Part shown: positions 28,340 through 38,639 of the stretch, piece by piece
Layout of the letters: every line of letters starts with the position of its first letter
Numbering within the stretch: position 1 is the first letter of the stretch
NCBI GenBank assembly: GCA_049472355.1
Contig: JBLIRP010000013.1
Coordinates: 1-38,639 of the forward strand
Direction of reading: 5' to 3'
Source of the DNA: a bacterium
Lineage (GTDB): Bacteria; SZUA-182; DTGQ01; JAFGSM01
DNA length: 38,639 nt
Made by a program: the position numbers and the translations under genes
The notes under the pieces: model-generated
What the model saw: only the letters and a program-made list of their open reading frames with translations
Told to the model about the DNA's origin: nothing
Database searches by the model: none

Positions 28340-29377
28340 TCACATTTGGAGATGGTGTTCACGTGGTCCTCTTGAACCATATTTATTCAATACCCTTTGG
28401 GTCCTATCGATTCGCGCATCACAGGAATATTCTTCCCGTACCTGACAGTTCACCATTGATTTGATTAAAAACGTGGGTCTTTCTTTTACCTCGACAAAGA
28501 TGATGGCGATGTATTCGCCTATGAGACCTATGCCGAACATGGTCACCCCCAGTATCGCCAGAAGCAAGAGGATGATGGTTGCCACACCGGGGGGCCAGGC
28601 ACCCGGGACCATGATGCGCCATACCATGTAGAAAAGAAACAGGGGCACGATGGCAAGACACACCCCGACACCCGCATAGAAAAAAAGGCGTAACGGCATA
28701 AAAGAAAAGGAAAAAAGACCTTGAAATGCAAGGAGAAACTGGTCAGCAATCGAAAATTTGGAGGCACCCCTCAATCTGGCACCTCGATCGTACTCGATTC
28801 CGGTGGCGTTGAAGCCAACCCATGCGCGAAGACCTCTGTGAAAGCGGTCCCTTTCCGGAAGCGAACGCAGGGCGTTCAACACGGGACGGCTGATCAGGGC
28901 GAAGTCTCCGGCGTCAAGAGGCACGTCCACGCTCGATATTGCCCGCATGATCCTGTAAAACAGCCTATATGCGGCCCGCTGTACAAACCCCTCCTGGCGT
29001 TTTCGCCGGATGCCGTAGACGATATCGTAGTGTTCGGTGATCGCCTTTTCATACATGCGCCCGATCATCTCCGGCGGGTCCTGTAAGTCCGCGTCGATGC
29101 TCACGAGATATTTCCCCTGGGCATACGCCATACCGGCTGCAATCCCACCCTGATACGTAAAATTTCGGGTCAATTGGATAATCTTCACCCTCGGGTCTTT
29201 CTCCGCAAGATCCTTCATCATCTCGAACGAGTCGTCGCGGGATCCGTTCTCCACCCAGATAAGTTCATAGTGAACCCCCAGGTCTTCCAATACCCTTGTC
29301 AATTCACTGTACAAACGAGGGATGTTATCCGACTCATCGTAACACGGAGTGATGACACTCAAAACCACCTCGCTCAT
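28340..29377 (-). CDS. GtrB/ArnC/DPM1-like GT2 polyprenyl-phosphate glycosyltransferase
   Basis: SVITPCYDE, ENGSRDDS, LTRNF, IDADLQDPPE, DAGDFALISR, RGLRAWVGF, two C-terminal TM helices and IGEYI..EVKERP. Confidence 0.9.
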   Translation of the reverse strand: MSEVVLSVITPCYDESDNIPRLYSELTRVLEDLGVHYELIWVENGSRDDSFEMMKDLAEKDPRVKIIQLTRNFTYQGGIAAGMAYAQGKYLVSIDADLQDPPEMIGRMYEKAITEHYDIVYGIRRKRQEGFVQRAAYRLFYRIMRAISSVDVPLDAGDFALISRPVLNALRSLPERDRFHRGLRAWVGFNATGIEYDRGARLRGASKFSIADQFLLAFQGLFSFSFMPLRLFFYAGVGVCLAIVPLFLFYMVWRIMVPGAWPPGVATIILLLLAILGVTMFGIGLIGEYIAIIFVEVKERPTFLIKSMVNCQVREEYSCDARIDRTQRVLNKYGSRGPREHHLQM

Positions 29378-30345
29378 ATTCGAGACTCCTCGTGTGTCTT
29401 CATCCAGTCCACGGTTTTTCGAATCCCCTCTTCAAACGAGGTCTTGAGACAATCCCGCAGATACGGCTCCATTGTGCAAGGGTCCGCCACCAATCTATAT
29501 GCCTCGTTTGGGCGATAGGGTATCGCACCCGTCAGTATCGGTATGTCACGCCCTGAAACCGAGAGAATTATGCGTGCCGCATCCGACAAGGAAAGCCCCC
29601 TCCCGGTCCCCAGATTGAATGCCCGGTGTTCCCCGGCCGGGATCTGTGCGGTTTCGATAAATGCATGGACCACATCGTCCACATAACAAAAATCCCTGAT
29701 TTGTTCGCCCTTTGTCATTTTGAATTCTTCACCTTGCAGGGCCGCGCGGATCAGACTCGATACGAATCGACTGTCGGGTTCCCCGGGTCCGTAGGGGGAG
29801 AAAATCCGAAGCACGCATGTTTCGATTCCCGCTTCGTCCCCGGCATGGGGCACCAACAGGGAAGCGGCAGCCTTGGTGACCCCGTATACATTGATGGGTG
29901 ACACGGCGGTATCGATGCCGAGATTCTCGCGATGGCCCCAGGGTTGCCGATACCCGTATTCGAATACGGACCCGGCACACACCACCTTTTTAACTCCCCT
30001 GTTTCCCGCGGCGTGAATGAGATAATATGCTGCCAGCAGGTTGGTTTTTACCAGATCGTCGATGGTGTCGCCATGCCGCCGGATCACACCCCGCGCGGCA
30101 AAATGAAGAACATAGTCCACGTCTTCCACGAGGGATTCCAATTTTTTTCCATGCGAGATATCGCAGGGCACGTATTCGATGTAATCTCTTACATCACACA
30201 ATCTCCGAGGCCTGGCAGGAAGATCGGTCGCCCGTACCCGGTAACCGTCCGCCACCAGAAGGCGCACGGAACGTGCGCCTATAAACCCATCGGCACCCGT
30301 AACCAGGAAAGAGCCTCTTGATCGTGCAGCATTGATCATTATCAT
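29374..30345 (-). CDS. NAD-dependent epimerase/reductase (extended SDR), probable CDP-3,6-dideoxyhexose 4-reductase (abequose/paratose synthase-like)
   Basis: VTGADGFIG, GSVFEYG, YGVTK, PYGPGE and GEQIRDF. It follows rfbH. Confidence 0.75.
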   Translation of the reverse strand: MIMINAARSRGSFLVTGADGFIGARSVRLLVADGYRVRATDLPARPRRLCDVRDYIEYVPCDISHGKKLESLVEDVDYVLHFAARGVIRRHGDTIDDLVKTNLLAAYYLIHAAGNRGVKKVVCAGSVFEYGYRQPWGHRENLGIDTAVSPINVYGVTKAAASLLVPHAGDEAGIETCVLRIFSPYGPGEPDSRFVSSLIRAALQGEEFKMTKGEQIRDFCYVDDVVHAFIETAQIPAGEHRAFNLGTGRGLSLSDAARIILSVSGRDIPILTGAIPYRPNEAYRLVADPCTMEPYLRDCLKTSFEEGIRKTVDWMKTHEESRI

Positions 30346-30442
30346 TATTTCCCGATGGTTTTCAGACCCTTCAATGATAAAAACCTGGATCGGTCAACTC
30401 GGCATAACAAACACCATGATGTTTCCGGTATTGATACACGTA

Positions 30443-31768
30443 TTATCGCCCCGTGAAATAATGTTCGAACACGGAAATCATGTAATCGATACGAGATTGA
30501 TCGATACCTGGATAGCAACCGACAAAAAAGGTCTGCTCCATGATGGTATCCGTGTTTCTTAATGTGCCTGCCACCCGGTATTCCACACCGGAGAACGCGG
30601 GTTGTCGAATCAGATTGCCACAGAAAAGATTTCGGGTTTCAATACCGTGTCCCTCCAAAAATTCTGTCAGGTCGTTTCTGGAAAATCCCGCATTGTCCCT
30701 GATCGTAATGACAAAACCGAAATAACAAGGCTCTGATTTTTCCGGTGTTTCAGGCAGAACCAGCCTGTCCGAAAAGGGCTGAAGCCTTTTTCTGATGGCG
30801 GACCAGTTGTTCCGCCGCAATGTGATGAATCCCTCCAGTTTTTCGATCTGGGCGCATCCGATTGCAGCCTGCATGTCCGTCACCTTCAGATTGTAGCCCA
30901 GATGGGTATATACATATTTATGATCATAGCCGTAGGGGAGGGTTCCGAATTGCTGTGTGAAACGCCTTCCGCAGGTATTGTTCCTCCCTCCGGTGCAATA
31001 ACAGTCGCGCCCCCAGTCGCGAAACGACCTGGCGATTTTTGCCAGTTCCTCATTGCCGGTCAACACCGCTCCTCCCTCTCCCATGGTGATCTGGTGGGCA
31101 GGATAGAATGAGAGGGTGGAAAGATCCCCGAATGTTCCCACATATCGACCATTGAATCGTGACCCCAATGCGTCGCAACAATCCTCGATCAGCCATAGAT
31201 TGTGCCGATCGCAAAGCTCCCTCAACGCGGCCGCATCGAACGGTATTCCCATGGTATGGGCCATCATGATCGCCTTGGTTTTCGGACCGATCGCCCTTTC
31301 GACGATTTCCGGCGTCGGCACATAGGTCCCAAGTTCGACATCCACGAAAACCGGGACCGCCCGATTTTGAACGATCGGGTTGACCGTGGTAGGAAATCCC
31401 GCCGCCGCCGTAATGACTTCGTCACCCGGCCTTATCATCCGGTCCTTCAATTTCGGCGAAGTCAAGGCGCTGAGCGCAACCAGGTTGGCGGAAGATCCGG
31501 AGTTGACAAGAAGCACCGAGTCGATGCCCAGGAAGCTTGACAGGGCCGCAATGAAATTTTCCGCATAGCGGCCTTCAGTGAGCCAGAAATCGAGTGATGC
31601 ATCGACCAGATTGATCAATTCCCGTTCATCGAACACCCTCCCCGCGTAATGCACCCGATCCCCGGGATTGAAATCATTTTTCCGCCCGAATGCATGGAGA
31701 TAATACTCGGCCACGGCATCGAGCACCCTGGTTCTCAACTCCTTTTCCGAAACCGGTTGTTCCGCCAT
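30443..31768 (-). CDS. rfbH: CDP-4-keto-6-deoxy-D-glucose 3-dehydrase (E1, RfbH/DdhC)
   Basis: SLDFWLT, VNSGSSANL, EDCCDALGS, SFYPAHQITMGEGG (His in place of the PLP Lys), WGRDCYC...NTCG Fe-S cysteines and YDHKY. Confidence 0.93.
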   Translation of the reverse strand: MAEQPVSEKELRTRVLDAVAEYYLHAFGRKNDFNPGDRVHYAGRVFDERELINLVDASLDFWLTEGRYAENFIAALSSFLGIDSVLLVNSGSSANLVALSALTSPKLKDRMIRPGDEVITAAAGFPTTVNPIVQNRAVPVFVDVELGTYVPTPEIVERAIGPKTKAIMMAHTMGIPFDAAALRELCDRHNLWLIEDCCDALGSRFNGRYVGTFGDLSTLSFYPAHQITMGEGGAVLTGNEELAKIARSFRDWGRDCYCTGGRNNTCGRRFTQQFGTLPYGYDHKYVYTHLGYNLKVTDMQAAIGCAQIEKLEGFITLRRNNWSAIRKRLQPFSDRLVLPETPEKSEPCYFGFVITIRDNAGFSRNDLTEFLEGHGIETRNLFCGNLIRQPAFSGVEYRVAGTLRNTDTIMEQTFFVGCYPGIDQSRIDYMISVFEHYFTGR

Positions 31769-32851
31769 TCAATTCTCCGCAATCGATCGGGTGAACTCGG
31801 CTATTTGATTGAAACAAACCCTTTTTATGTCATCACCGTTTTGATACGCCACGGTCCATTCCACAATGGCGTCAAGGGTCTTCTCCAGATCCCAAACCGG
31901 TTTCCACCCGAGCCGCAAGCGGGCCAATGAGGAATCCAGCTTCAGGCAGCCTGATTCATGAGGGTGAACCCCCTTGTCAAACATATATCCATCCGCTACC
32001 TGCAGCTTTTCAAAGAGCTTTTGTACGACCCACCCGGCCGGTTTCTCATCGCATGAATCCGGGCCGAAGTTCCAGGCCATGGCATAATCCGATCCGTCCC
32101 GATAGAGCCTTTCGGCCAGCATCAGGTAACCGTACAATGGACTCAATACGAACTGCCATGGCCTGATCGCCTCCGGGCTTCGTATGGAAACGGTTTCCTT
32201 CTTCAGGAACGCCCGGATGCAGTCCGGGATCAACCGGTCCGCCGCCCAGTCGCCGCCCCCTATGACGTTGCCCGCTCGGGCGGAGGCGACACCGGCCCTG
32301 TGTTGAAAGTGGTCGCCATGGTTGAAAAAGGATCTCCGATAGGCGGCGGTTACAATCTCGGAACAGGCCTTGCTGCTCGAATAGGGATCATATCCCCCCA
32401 GCGATTCGGTCTCGCGATACCCCCACGGCCATTCCTTGTTTTCATAGCATTTGTCCGAAGTCACATTTACCACGGCCCTGACACCCTCGCATGTGCGTAC
32501 GGCCTCCAGCAGGTTGATCGTACCCATCACGTTCGTGGCATATGTGGCAACCGGATCCTTATAGGAATCACGTACCAGTGCCTGGGCCGCCATATGGATG
32601 ATCACTTCGGAACCCGAATCCTTTACCACACAGGCAAGTTTTTCGGCATCCAGGACATCGGCAATGTGGGAATCGACCATATCCTTCACGCCGGTCAAAT
32701 CAAACAGACTTGGACACGTGGGAGGTTCAAGTGCGTACCCGGTCACCTTCGCCCCCAGACAATGAAGGCACAAGCAGAGCCAGGCCCCCTTAAAGCCGGT
32801 GTGTCCTGTAACAAGGACCTTTCTGTTTTCCCAGAATTTTCCGGAAATCAT
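31769..32851 (-). CDS. rfbG: CDP-glucose 4,6-dehydratase
   Basis: VTGHTGFKGAWL, HMAAQALV, TSDKCY, DPYSSSK, RAGNVIGGGDW and RPWQ. Confidence 0.95.
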   Translation of the reverse strand: MISGKFWENRKVLVTGHTGFKGAWLCLCLHCLGAKVTGYALEPPTCPSLFDLTGVKDMVDSHIADVLDAEKLACVVKDSGSEVIIHMAAQALVRDSYKDPVATYATNVMGTINLLEAVRTCEGVRAVVNVTSDKCYENKEWPWGYRETESLGGYDPYSSSKACSEIVTAAYRRSFFNHGDHFQHRAGVASARAGNVIGGGDWAADRLIPDCIRAFLKKETVSIRSPEAIRPWQFVLSPLYGYLMLAERLYRDGSDYAMAWNFGPDSCDEKPAGWVVQKLFEKLQVADGYMFDKGVHPHESGCLKLDSSLARLRLGWKPVWDLEKTLDAIVEWTVAYQNGDDIKRVCFNQIAEFTRSIAEN

Positions 32852-32867
32852 GATGGGCGCCTGCGGA

Positions 32868-33644
32868 TTACCAGACTTTCCATAGCGGGGCTTCCGAGCG
32901 CCAGTATTCTTCCAGCTTGTTTTTATCCCTCAGTGTATCCATCGCATACCAAAACCCTCTATGCTTGTAAGTGCACAACTGGCCTTCCGCTGACAGCTTC
33001 TCCAGAGGTTCTCTTTCCCAGATGGTGTGGTCACCTTCTATATAATCGATGACCTTTGGCGAGAGCACAAAAAAACCGCCGTTGATCCATCCTCCATCCC
33101 CTTTTGGTTTTTCCTGAAATCTGTTTATCATATCCCCCTTGATTTCAAGAGAACCGAACCGCCCCGGTGGCTGAACAGCCGTCAGCGTTGCCAGTTTTCC
33201 CTTTTGCTTGTGAAACATAATCAAATCCGAGAGATTGATGTCGCTTACGCCGTCACCATAGGTGAAACAAAAAATATCATCGTTCAAAAATGATTTGACC
33301 CTCTTTAAACGCCCCCCCGTCATTGTTGCCTCACCGGTATCAATCAGCGTGACCTTCCAGGGGTCGCAGTGGTTATTGTGCACCGACATCCTATGGTTGC
33401 GGATATCGAGGGTGACATCAGACATGTGAAGGAAATAATTGGCGAAATATTCTTTGATCACGTATCCTTTATAACCGAGGCAAATAATGAATTCGTTGAT
33501 CCCGTAAGCCGAGTAAATCTTCATTATATGCCATAGGATTGGCTTTCCACCGATTTCAATCATTGGCTTGGGCCTGAGATGGGATTCTTCACTGATTCTC
33601 GTACCCTGCCCGCCTGCCACTATTACACATTGCATTTGCCTCAC
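32868..33644 (-). CDS. rfbF: Glucose-1-phosphate cytidylyltransferase
   Basis: AGGQGTRISEESHLRPKPMIEIGGKPILWHIMK, TMTGGRLK, TYGDG, WINGGFF and MDTLRDK. Confidence 0.95.
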   Translation of the reverse strand: MRQMQCVIVAGGQGTRISEESHLRPKPMIEIGGKPILWHIMKIYSAYGINEFIICLGYKGYVIKEYFANYFLHMSDVTLDIRNHRMSVHNNHCDPWKVTLIDTGEATMTGGRLKRVKSFLNDDIFCFTYGDGVSDINLSDLIMFHKQKGKLATLTAVQPPGRFGSLEIKGDMINRFQEKPKGDGGWINGGFFVLSPKVIDYIEGDHTIWEREPLEKLSAEGQLCTYKHRGFWYAMDTLRDKNKLEEYWRSEAPLWKVW

Positions 33645-34162
33645 CTAACCCTGACAACCCGGAACAAAACAGGTTTCAACACCACGTAATGGTCTTGATC
33701 CCAAAATCAGCGATCGACTTGAATCACAAAGGGAAGGCCGTTGTGTATTGCATGCACTCTTCCTATTAACTTTATTCGTCACTCTCCGGCATTTTTATCA
33801 ACGCATGGGTTTCGGGATGTTATCCTCCTTTCATACGGGAGTTCATCGGGTCTTACGGCATACACCCGATCAGGCGGAGGAATTCACTTGCCTTTCGCGT
33901 GAATGTGGCGGGCATCGCCGCTACCCTTCGCTGCGGATCGGCATGCCGGCGCGCCGTGATATCCGGATACGGCATGAATGTCCCATGCCGTCAAAGGGAG
34001 CGGAATTGCTGGCAATCGAATCACCGATAGTATAAGTAGGCCCGCATGACTTTCGGGGTTCATAAAAGGTAACCGGGAAGGGTGTCATAATGCTCCGCTT
34101 CGTTTCGGGTGACGGAGTTTTTGTCGGCGCATCACCCTTTCTGTGAGCAATTATGCCAGATT

Positions 34163-34183
34163 GCATGAAACCCGGTTTCATGC
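34163..34183. promoter_or_regulatory. Perfect inverted repeat in the divergent intergenic region (possible operator)
   Basis: GCATGAAACC-C-GGTTTCATGC: 10-bp arms with a 1-nt spacer. Confidence 0.45.
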
Positions 34184-34271
34184 CGGACGGGGTAATCGGG
34201 AGTATATACACAGATGATTTAATCCGTCGGATCTCCTGACGTGAATCCGTCGTGGTTCGTGAGGGAATGCA

Positions 34272-36440
34272 GTGGTTGACGTGACGGCAGCATGGAGTCT
34301 GCTTCGAATCTTCGGTCCCAAATGGGTGCTGTTCCGAACGATCCATGCCTGCAAGACGCGGCTTGGCGTGTTCAGGCGTGCACTCCCCGTTTCGGACTGG
34401 GAATCATTGCCGCTCGGGCGATTCCTGAAAGACCCCGCATCGGACGACCCCGCAACCTGCCTGCGATTCCACACCGCACACCATCCACCTTTTTTATTCG
34501 ATCCGGTCGACCGGTCGCGGTTTGCTCCATATTTCAGGGAGTGGAACGGCAGTGACTCGACCCCGGCATCCGACTCGGAACGAATCCGGACGGGCGAGTT
34601 CCGCTATTTTCAGCACACGTGGACACGGGCCGGATTCCCCCCCGACTGGCATCTGAATCCGTTCACCCGGCAATGCGCCCCCCGCGACCGCCACTGGAGC
34701 GACATCGGCGATTTCGACCATGGGGATATTAAGGCGATCTGGGAACTGAACCGTTTCGGCTTCGTGTACCCGCTGGTGCGCGCATACTGGCGCACGGGTG
34801 ACGAAGGGTACGCCGAAATTTTCTGGCGGCTTGTGGAAAGCTGGATGGCCGGGAACCCTCCCCAAAAAGGGGCCAACTGGAAATGCGGCCAGGAGATAAG
34901 CATCCGGGTCATGGCCTGGTGCTTCGGTCTCTATGGTTTCCTGGAGAGCGGCGCGACCACACCCGACCGGGTGAGCGTGCTTGCCCGGATGATCGCATGT
35001 TCCGGTGAGCGGATCGCCGCACATATCGACTATGCATTGAGCCAGCGGAACAACCACGCCGTAAGCGAGGCGGCAGGGCTGTGGACGATCGGTGTCCTGT
35101 TTCCCGAGTTTCGCCTCTCCGAGAAGTGGGAGCGCATGGGCCGCGAAATCCTCGAGTCGCAGGGTATGCGCCTCATATACGATGACGGCGCCTTTGCCCA
35201 GCACTCCACCGTATACCAGTGCCTGGCGATGCAAGCATATCTATGGGTGCTGCGCCTGGGCCACATCCATGGCAGACCCTTCAGCGATGCATTGAAGGGG
35301 AGGCTTGCCAAGGCCGCCTCGTTCCTTTATCAGCTTCAGGATAAAGAAAGCGGCCGTACCCCCTATTACGGGCAGAACGACGGCTCGAACATCCTCCCCC
35401 TGAGCAACTGCGACCCCCTCGACTTCAGACCCATTGTCCAGGCCGTCCACTACATGATCAAGAAAACCCGCTGCTATCCGGCAGGTCCATGGGACGAGGC
35501 ACTGGTGTGGCTCTTCGGAAAGGACGCCCTCGAATCCCCGGTGGAATCCCCCGAGCGATCCGATCTCAGGGCGGATACCGGGGGGTATTACACCCTCCGC
35601 TCAAACGAGGGGTTCCTGTTTACCCGCTGCGCCTCCTTCCGCCACCGTCCCGCCCAGGCGGACCTGCTCCACGCGGATGTGTGGTGGAGGGGGCTGAACA
35701 TCGCGCTCGACCCCGGCACGTACTCCTACAATGCACCCGCTCCCTGGGACAATCCCCTGGCACGCACCGCCTTCCACAACACCGTGTCCGTGGACGATCT
35801 GGACCAGATGGACCGGGAGGGGAGGTTCCTCTGGCTTCCCTGGGCATCCGGCAGGGTGCTCGCACATCAGGCATCCCCGGTTACGTGCCTTGCGTACTGG
35901 GAGGGGGGGCACGACGGCTATGCCCGCCTGAGGCCGCCGGTCAACCACCGGCGTGGCGTGGTGCGGCTTCCCGCGGACCACTGGCTGGTGGCGGACAGCC
36001 TGGAGAGTACCGGTACGCACCGCTTTCGCCTGCACTGGCTCATCCAGGACACCCCCCATGAATGGGAGCGGGCGGCCGGATCGCTGCGCCTGCGGACCCC
36101 CGCGGGGGACTACTGCGTGAGGATGGGTACGTTCCCCGCCGGGGGCGCATGCTCCCTGGTGAGGGCCGACCGGGACGGGCCCCGCGGATGGTATGCCCCC
36201 TACTACTTCACCAGGGAGCCTGCCCTGTCCATCGATTGCACTGCATCCGGGGACCGGGTGCTGTTCGTGACCCTCCTGGGGCCGGGCGACTGTTCGTGCA
36301 GGTTCGAACAGGGCGCGGTGTCCGTGCAGGGGACCATGTGGGCCGCCCGGGTCCTTGTCCGGATCGGGCAGGCAGGGCCCATTGTGCAGCGCATCCTGCT
36401 CACCGGCAGGGTCAACGAGGTCATGGAGATTGCATCATGA
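34272..36440 (+). CDS. Heparinase II/III family (alginate-lyase-like) protein
   Basis: DIKAIWELNRF, NWKCGQE, RNNHAVSEA, DDGAFAQHS..Y, GQNDG, QADLLH, DPGTYSY and HNTV. GTG start after gaggga. Confidence 0.88.
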   Translation: MVDVTAAWSLLRIFGPKWVLFRTIHACKTRLGVFRRALPVSDWESLPLGRFLKDPASDDPATCLRFHTAHHPPFLFDPVDRSRFAPYFREWNGSDSTPASDSERIRTGEFRYFQHTWTRAGFPPDWHLNPFTRQCAPRDRHWSDIGDFDHGDIKAIWELNRFGFVYPLVRAYWRTGDEGYAEIFWRLVESWMAGNPPQKGANWKCGQEISIRVMAWCFGLYGFLESGATTPDRVSVLARMIACSGERIAAHIDYALSQRNNHAVSEAAGLWTIGVLFPEFRLSEKWERMGREILESQGMRLIYDDGAFAQHSTVYQCLAMQAYLWVLRLGHIHGRPFSDALKGRLAKAASFLYQLQDKESGRTPYYGQNDGSNILPLSNCDPLDFRPIVQAVHYMIKKTRCYPAGPWDEALVWLFGKDALESPVESPERSDLRADTGGYYTLRSNEGFLFTRCASFRHRPAQADLLHADVWWRGLNIALDPGTYSYNAPAPWDNPLARTAFHNTVSVDDLDQMDREGRFLWLPWASGRVLAHQASPVTCLAYWEGGHDGYARLRPPVNHRRGVVRLPADHWLVADSLESTGTHRFRLHWLIQDTPHEWERAAGSLRLRTPAGDYCVRMGTFPAGGACSLVRADRDGPRGWYAPYYFTREPALSIDCTASGDRVLFVTLLGPGDCSCRFEQGAVSVQGTMWAARVLVRIGQAGPIVQRILLTGRVNEVMEIAS

Positions 36441-37649
36441 GGGTCCTGCTCATACACCAGGCCTTTGCCTGCCTTCAGGAGGCGGGGGGCACCCGCCACT
36501 TCGAGTTTGCACGGCACCTGGCGGAAAAGGGGCATGAGGTGGTCATCGTGGCCGGCACGGTCAGCTACCTCACCGGCAGGCGCATGGGCACCGGCAGAGA
36601 CCCGAATACCGGCGGCGGCGTCCGGGGGATGCGGGTGGTGCGCGCCTTGTCACTCCCCTGCCTGCGCCGGGGGTACGTATGGCGGGTGTTTGCCTTTGCG
36701 TGCTTCATGATCACCTCCCTCATCGCCGGGCTCAGGCAGGGTCACGTGGACCTGGTCATGGGCACCACCCCGCCCATATTCCAGGCGGGCACGGCCTGGG
36801 TTGCCTCCCTGTGCCACCGCTCCCCCTTCCTCCTGGAGGTGCGGGACCTGTGGCCGGACTTCGCCGTGGATATCGGCATCCTGAAAAATCCCTTGCTCAT
36901 CAAGGCCGCCCGCTGGTTCGAGCGTTTTCTCTACAACCGCGCCACCCACATCATGGTGAACTCCCCGGCGTACAAGGGGCATATTGTAAAAAAGGGCGTT
37001 CCCGCAACAAAGATCACCCTCATCGCCAACGGCGCGGACACCTCCATGTTCGAACCGCACGCCGACGGAAGGGGCATACGGGAGCACCTGGGGCTCAAGG
37101 GGAGGTTCGTGGTCACCTATGCCGGTGCCCTGGGCATGGCCAACGACATCGACACCATCCTCCGGGCCGCCGGCCGCCTCCTGGAGGAGCCGGACATCCG
37201 CTTCCTCATCGTGGGGGACGGCAGGGATCGCGATCGCCTGGAAGGCGAGGCCGCGCGCAGGGGGCTTTGCAACGTCACCTTTGCCGGGTTCTATCCCAAG
37301 GAGGCCATGGGGGAGGTGCTCGCCGCCTCGGACGCCTGCGTGGCCACCCTCAGGGACATCCCCATGTTCAGGACCACCTACCCGAACAAGGTGTTCGACT
37401 ATATGGCAGCGGCGCGGCCGGTGATCCTCTGCATCGACGGGGTGATCAGGAGCCTGATGGAGGAGGCGCGGGCGGGGATATGCGTGCACCCCGGGGATGA
37501 CGCGGGCCTTGCCTCGGCCATCCGCAGAATCGCCCGTGACCCGGAGCGGGCCGCTGCCATGGGAAGGGCAGGGAGGAGATTTGTCGAGAAACATTTCAAC
37601 AGAAAAAAACAGGCAGGGGAATTCGCACACCTTGCAGAGGGGCTGGCCC

Positions 37650-37666
<17 letters not shown>
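36437..37666 (+). CDS. Glycosyltransferase family 4 (WbuB-like)
   Basis: GGTRHFE, TTPPIFQ, EVRDLWP, YAGALGMAN, VGDG and YPNKVFDYMAA. ATGA overlap with the upstream gene. Confidence 0.9.
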
Positions 37667-38234
<568 letters not shown>

Positions 38235-38404
38235 GGCGCCCGCCCCACCGTATCAGTCCCTGTCCGATCTCTGTTCAAATCCCGCATTCCTGCAAGGTTT
38301 CAACCGCTCCCCGGTTCGTTCGATCGGCCCGAGAGAGCCGATAAAAAGGTATAAACCGGTTTATTACCATCCAATTGCGGGGATTTTCATGAGACGGGAC
38401 TGCC

Positions 38405-38639
38405 ATGAATAGCGAGGGCCTCAAGCGGATCTACCTCTCCCCTCCCCACCTCTCCGGGAGGGAGAAGCGGTTTGTCATGGACGCCCTGCGCACCAACTGG
38501 GTCGCCCCCCTGGGGCCGAACGTGGATGCCTTCGAGCAGGAGTTCCGGGAGGCTGTGGGCTGCGGCCATGCCCTGGCCGTGGTGTCCGGCACCGCCGCCC
38601 TTCACCTGGCCCTGCGGGTGATCGGGGTGAAGCCTGGGG
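38405..38639 (+). CDS. PglE/EpsN-like DegT aminotransferase, N-terminal part (3'-truncated by window; absent from the ORF track)
   Basis: Manual translation gives MNSEGLKRIYLSPPHLSGREKRFVMDALRTNWVAPLGPNVDAFEQEF...SGTAALHLAL, open to the window end. Confidence 0.88.
   Translation, partial: MNSEGLKRIYLSPPHLSGREKRFVMDALRTNWVAPLGPNVDAFEQEFREAVGCGHALAVVSGTAALHLALRVIGVKPG

Noticed and set aside
33748..34346. Short ORFs (95 aa on +, 141 aa on -) in the divergent intergenic region
   Set aside because: They have no motifs or convincing RBS and overlap each other. The region looks regulatory.
36062..36436. Long N-terminal extensions in the ORF track (also at 7132, 9085, 10010, 18052, 25351, 37497)
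   Set aside because: They overlap upstream genes or intergenic DNA. Downstream starts with an RBS or stop/start coupling match the family N-termini.

Overview
This 38.6-kb window is the interior of a large, mosaic bacterial surface-polysaccharide (O-antigen/capsule/EPS, Wzx/Wzy-type) biosynthesis locus, and it is truncated at both ends. In order it contains: (1) pseudaminic-acid genes (partial pseC, Pse-associated methylase, pseG, pseI), wzx, a candidate nonulosonate transferase, an O-acetyltransferase and a GT2. (2) A minus-strand sulfotransferase plus methyltransferase pair. (3) An AT-richer block with a NeuB-SAF-cytidylyltransferase fusion, a GNAT, a PIG-L deacetylase, a formyltransferase and a second sulfotransferase. 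(4) A 3-hydroxyacyl-CoA dehydrogenase plus NeuD/PerB-type acyltransferase pair bracketed by ~44-bp direct repeats. (5) A cupin, a perosamine-synthase-like aminotransferase, Wzy/ligase, two GTs, an Asp-box protein, a methyltransferase and wecB. (6) A minus-strand cassette of rfbF-rfbG-rfbH, an SDR, a GtrB/ArnC-like GT2 and a GT-C membrane protein. (7) A heparinase II/III-like protein, a WbuB-like GT4, a PglC-like initiating transferase and a partial PglE/EpsN-like aminotransferase. The most interesting signals are: a CDP-3,6-dideoxyhexose pathway coupled to a lipid-carrier/GT-C modification module; a five-copy ~33-nt hairpin repeat with covarying stems, one copy lying inside a MITE/REP-like inverted-repeat element; a probable internally deleted NeuB scar at the N-terminus of the GNAT; and a recurring RCCGAW motif upstream of most sub-operons. 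No rRNA, tRNA, CRISPR array or transposase was seen. All product calls come from motif recognition by eye, without database searches.
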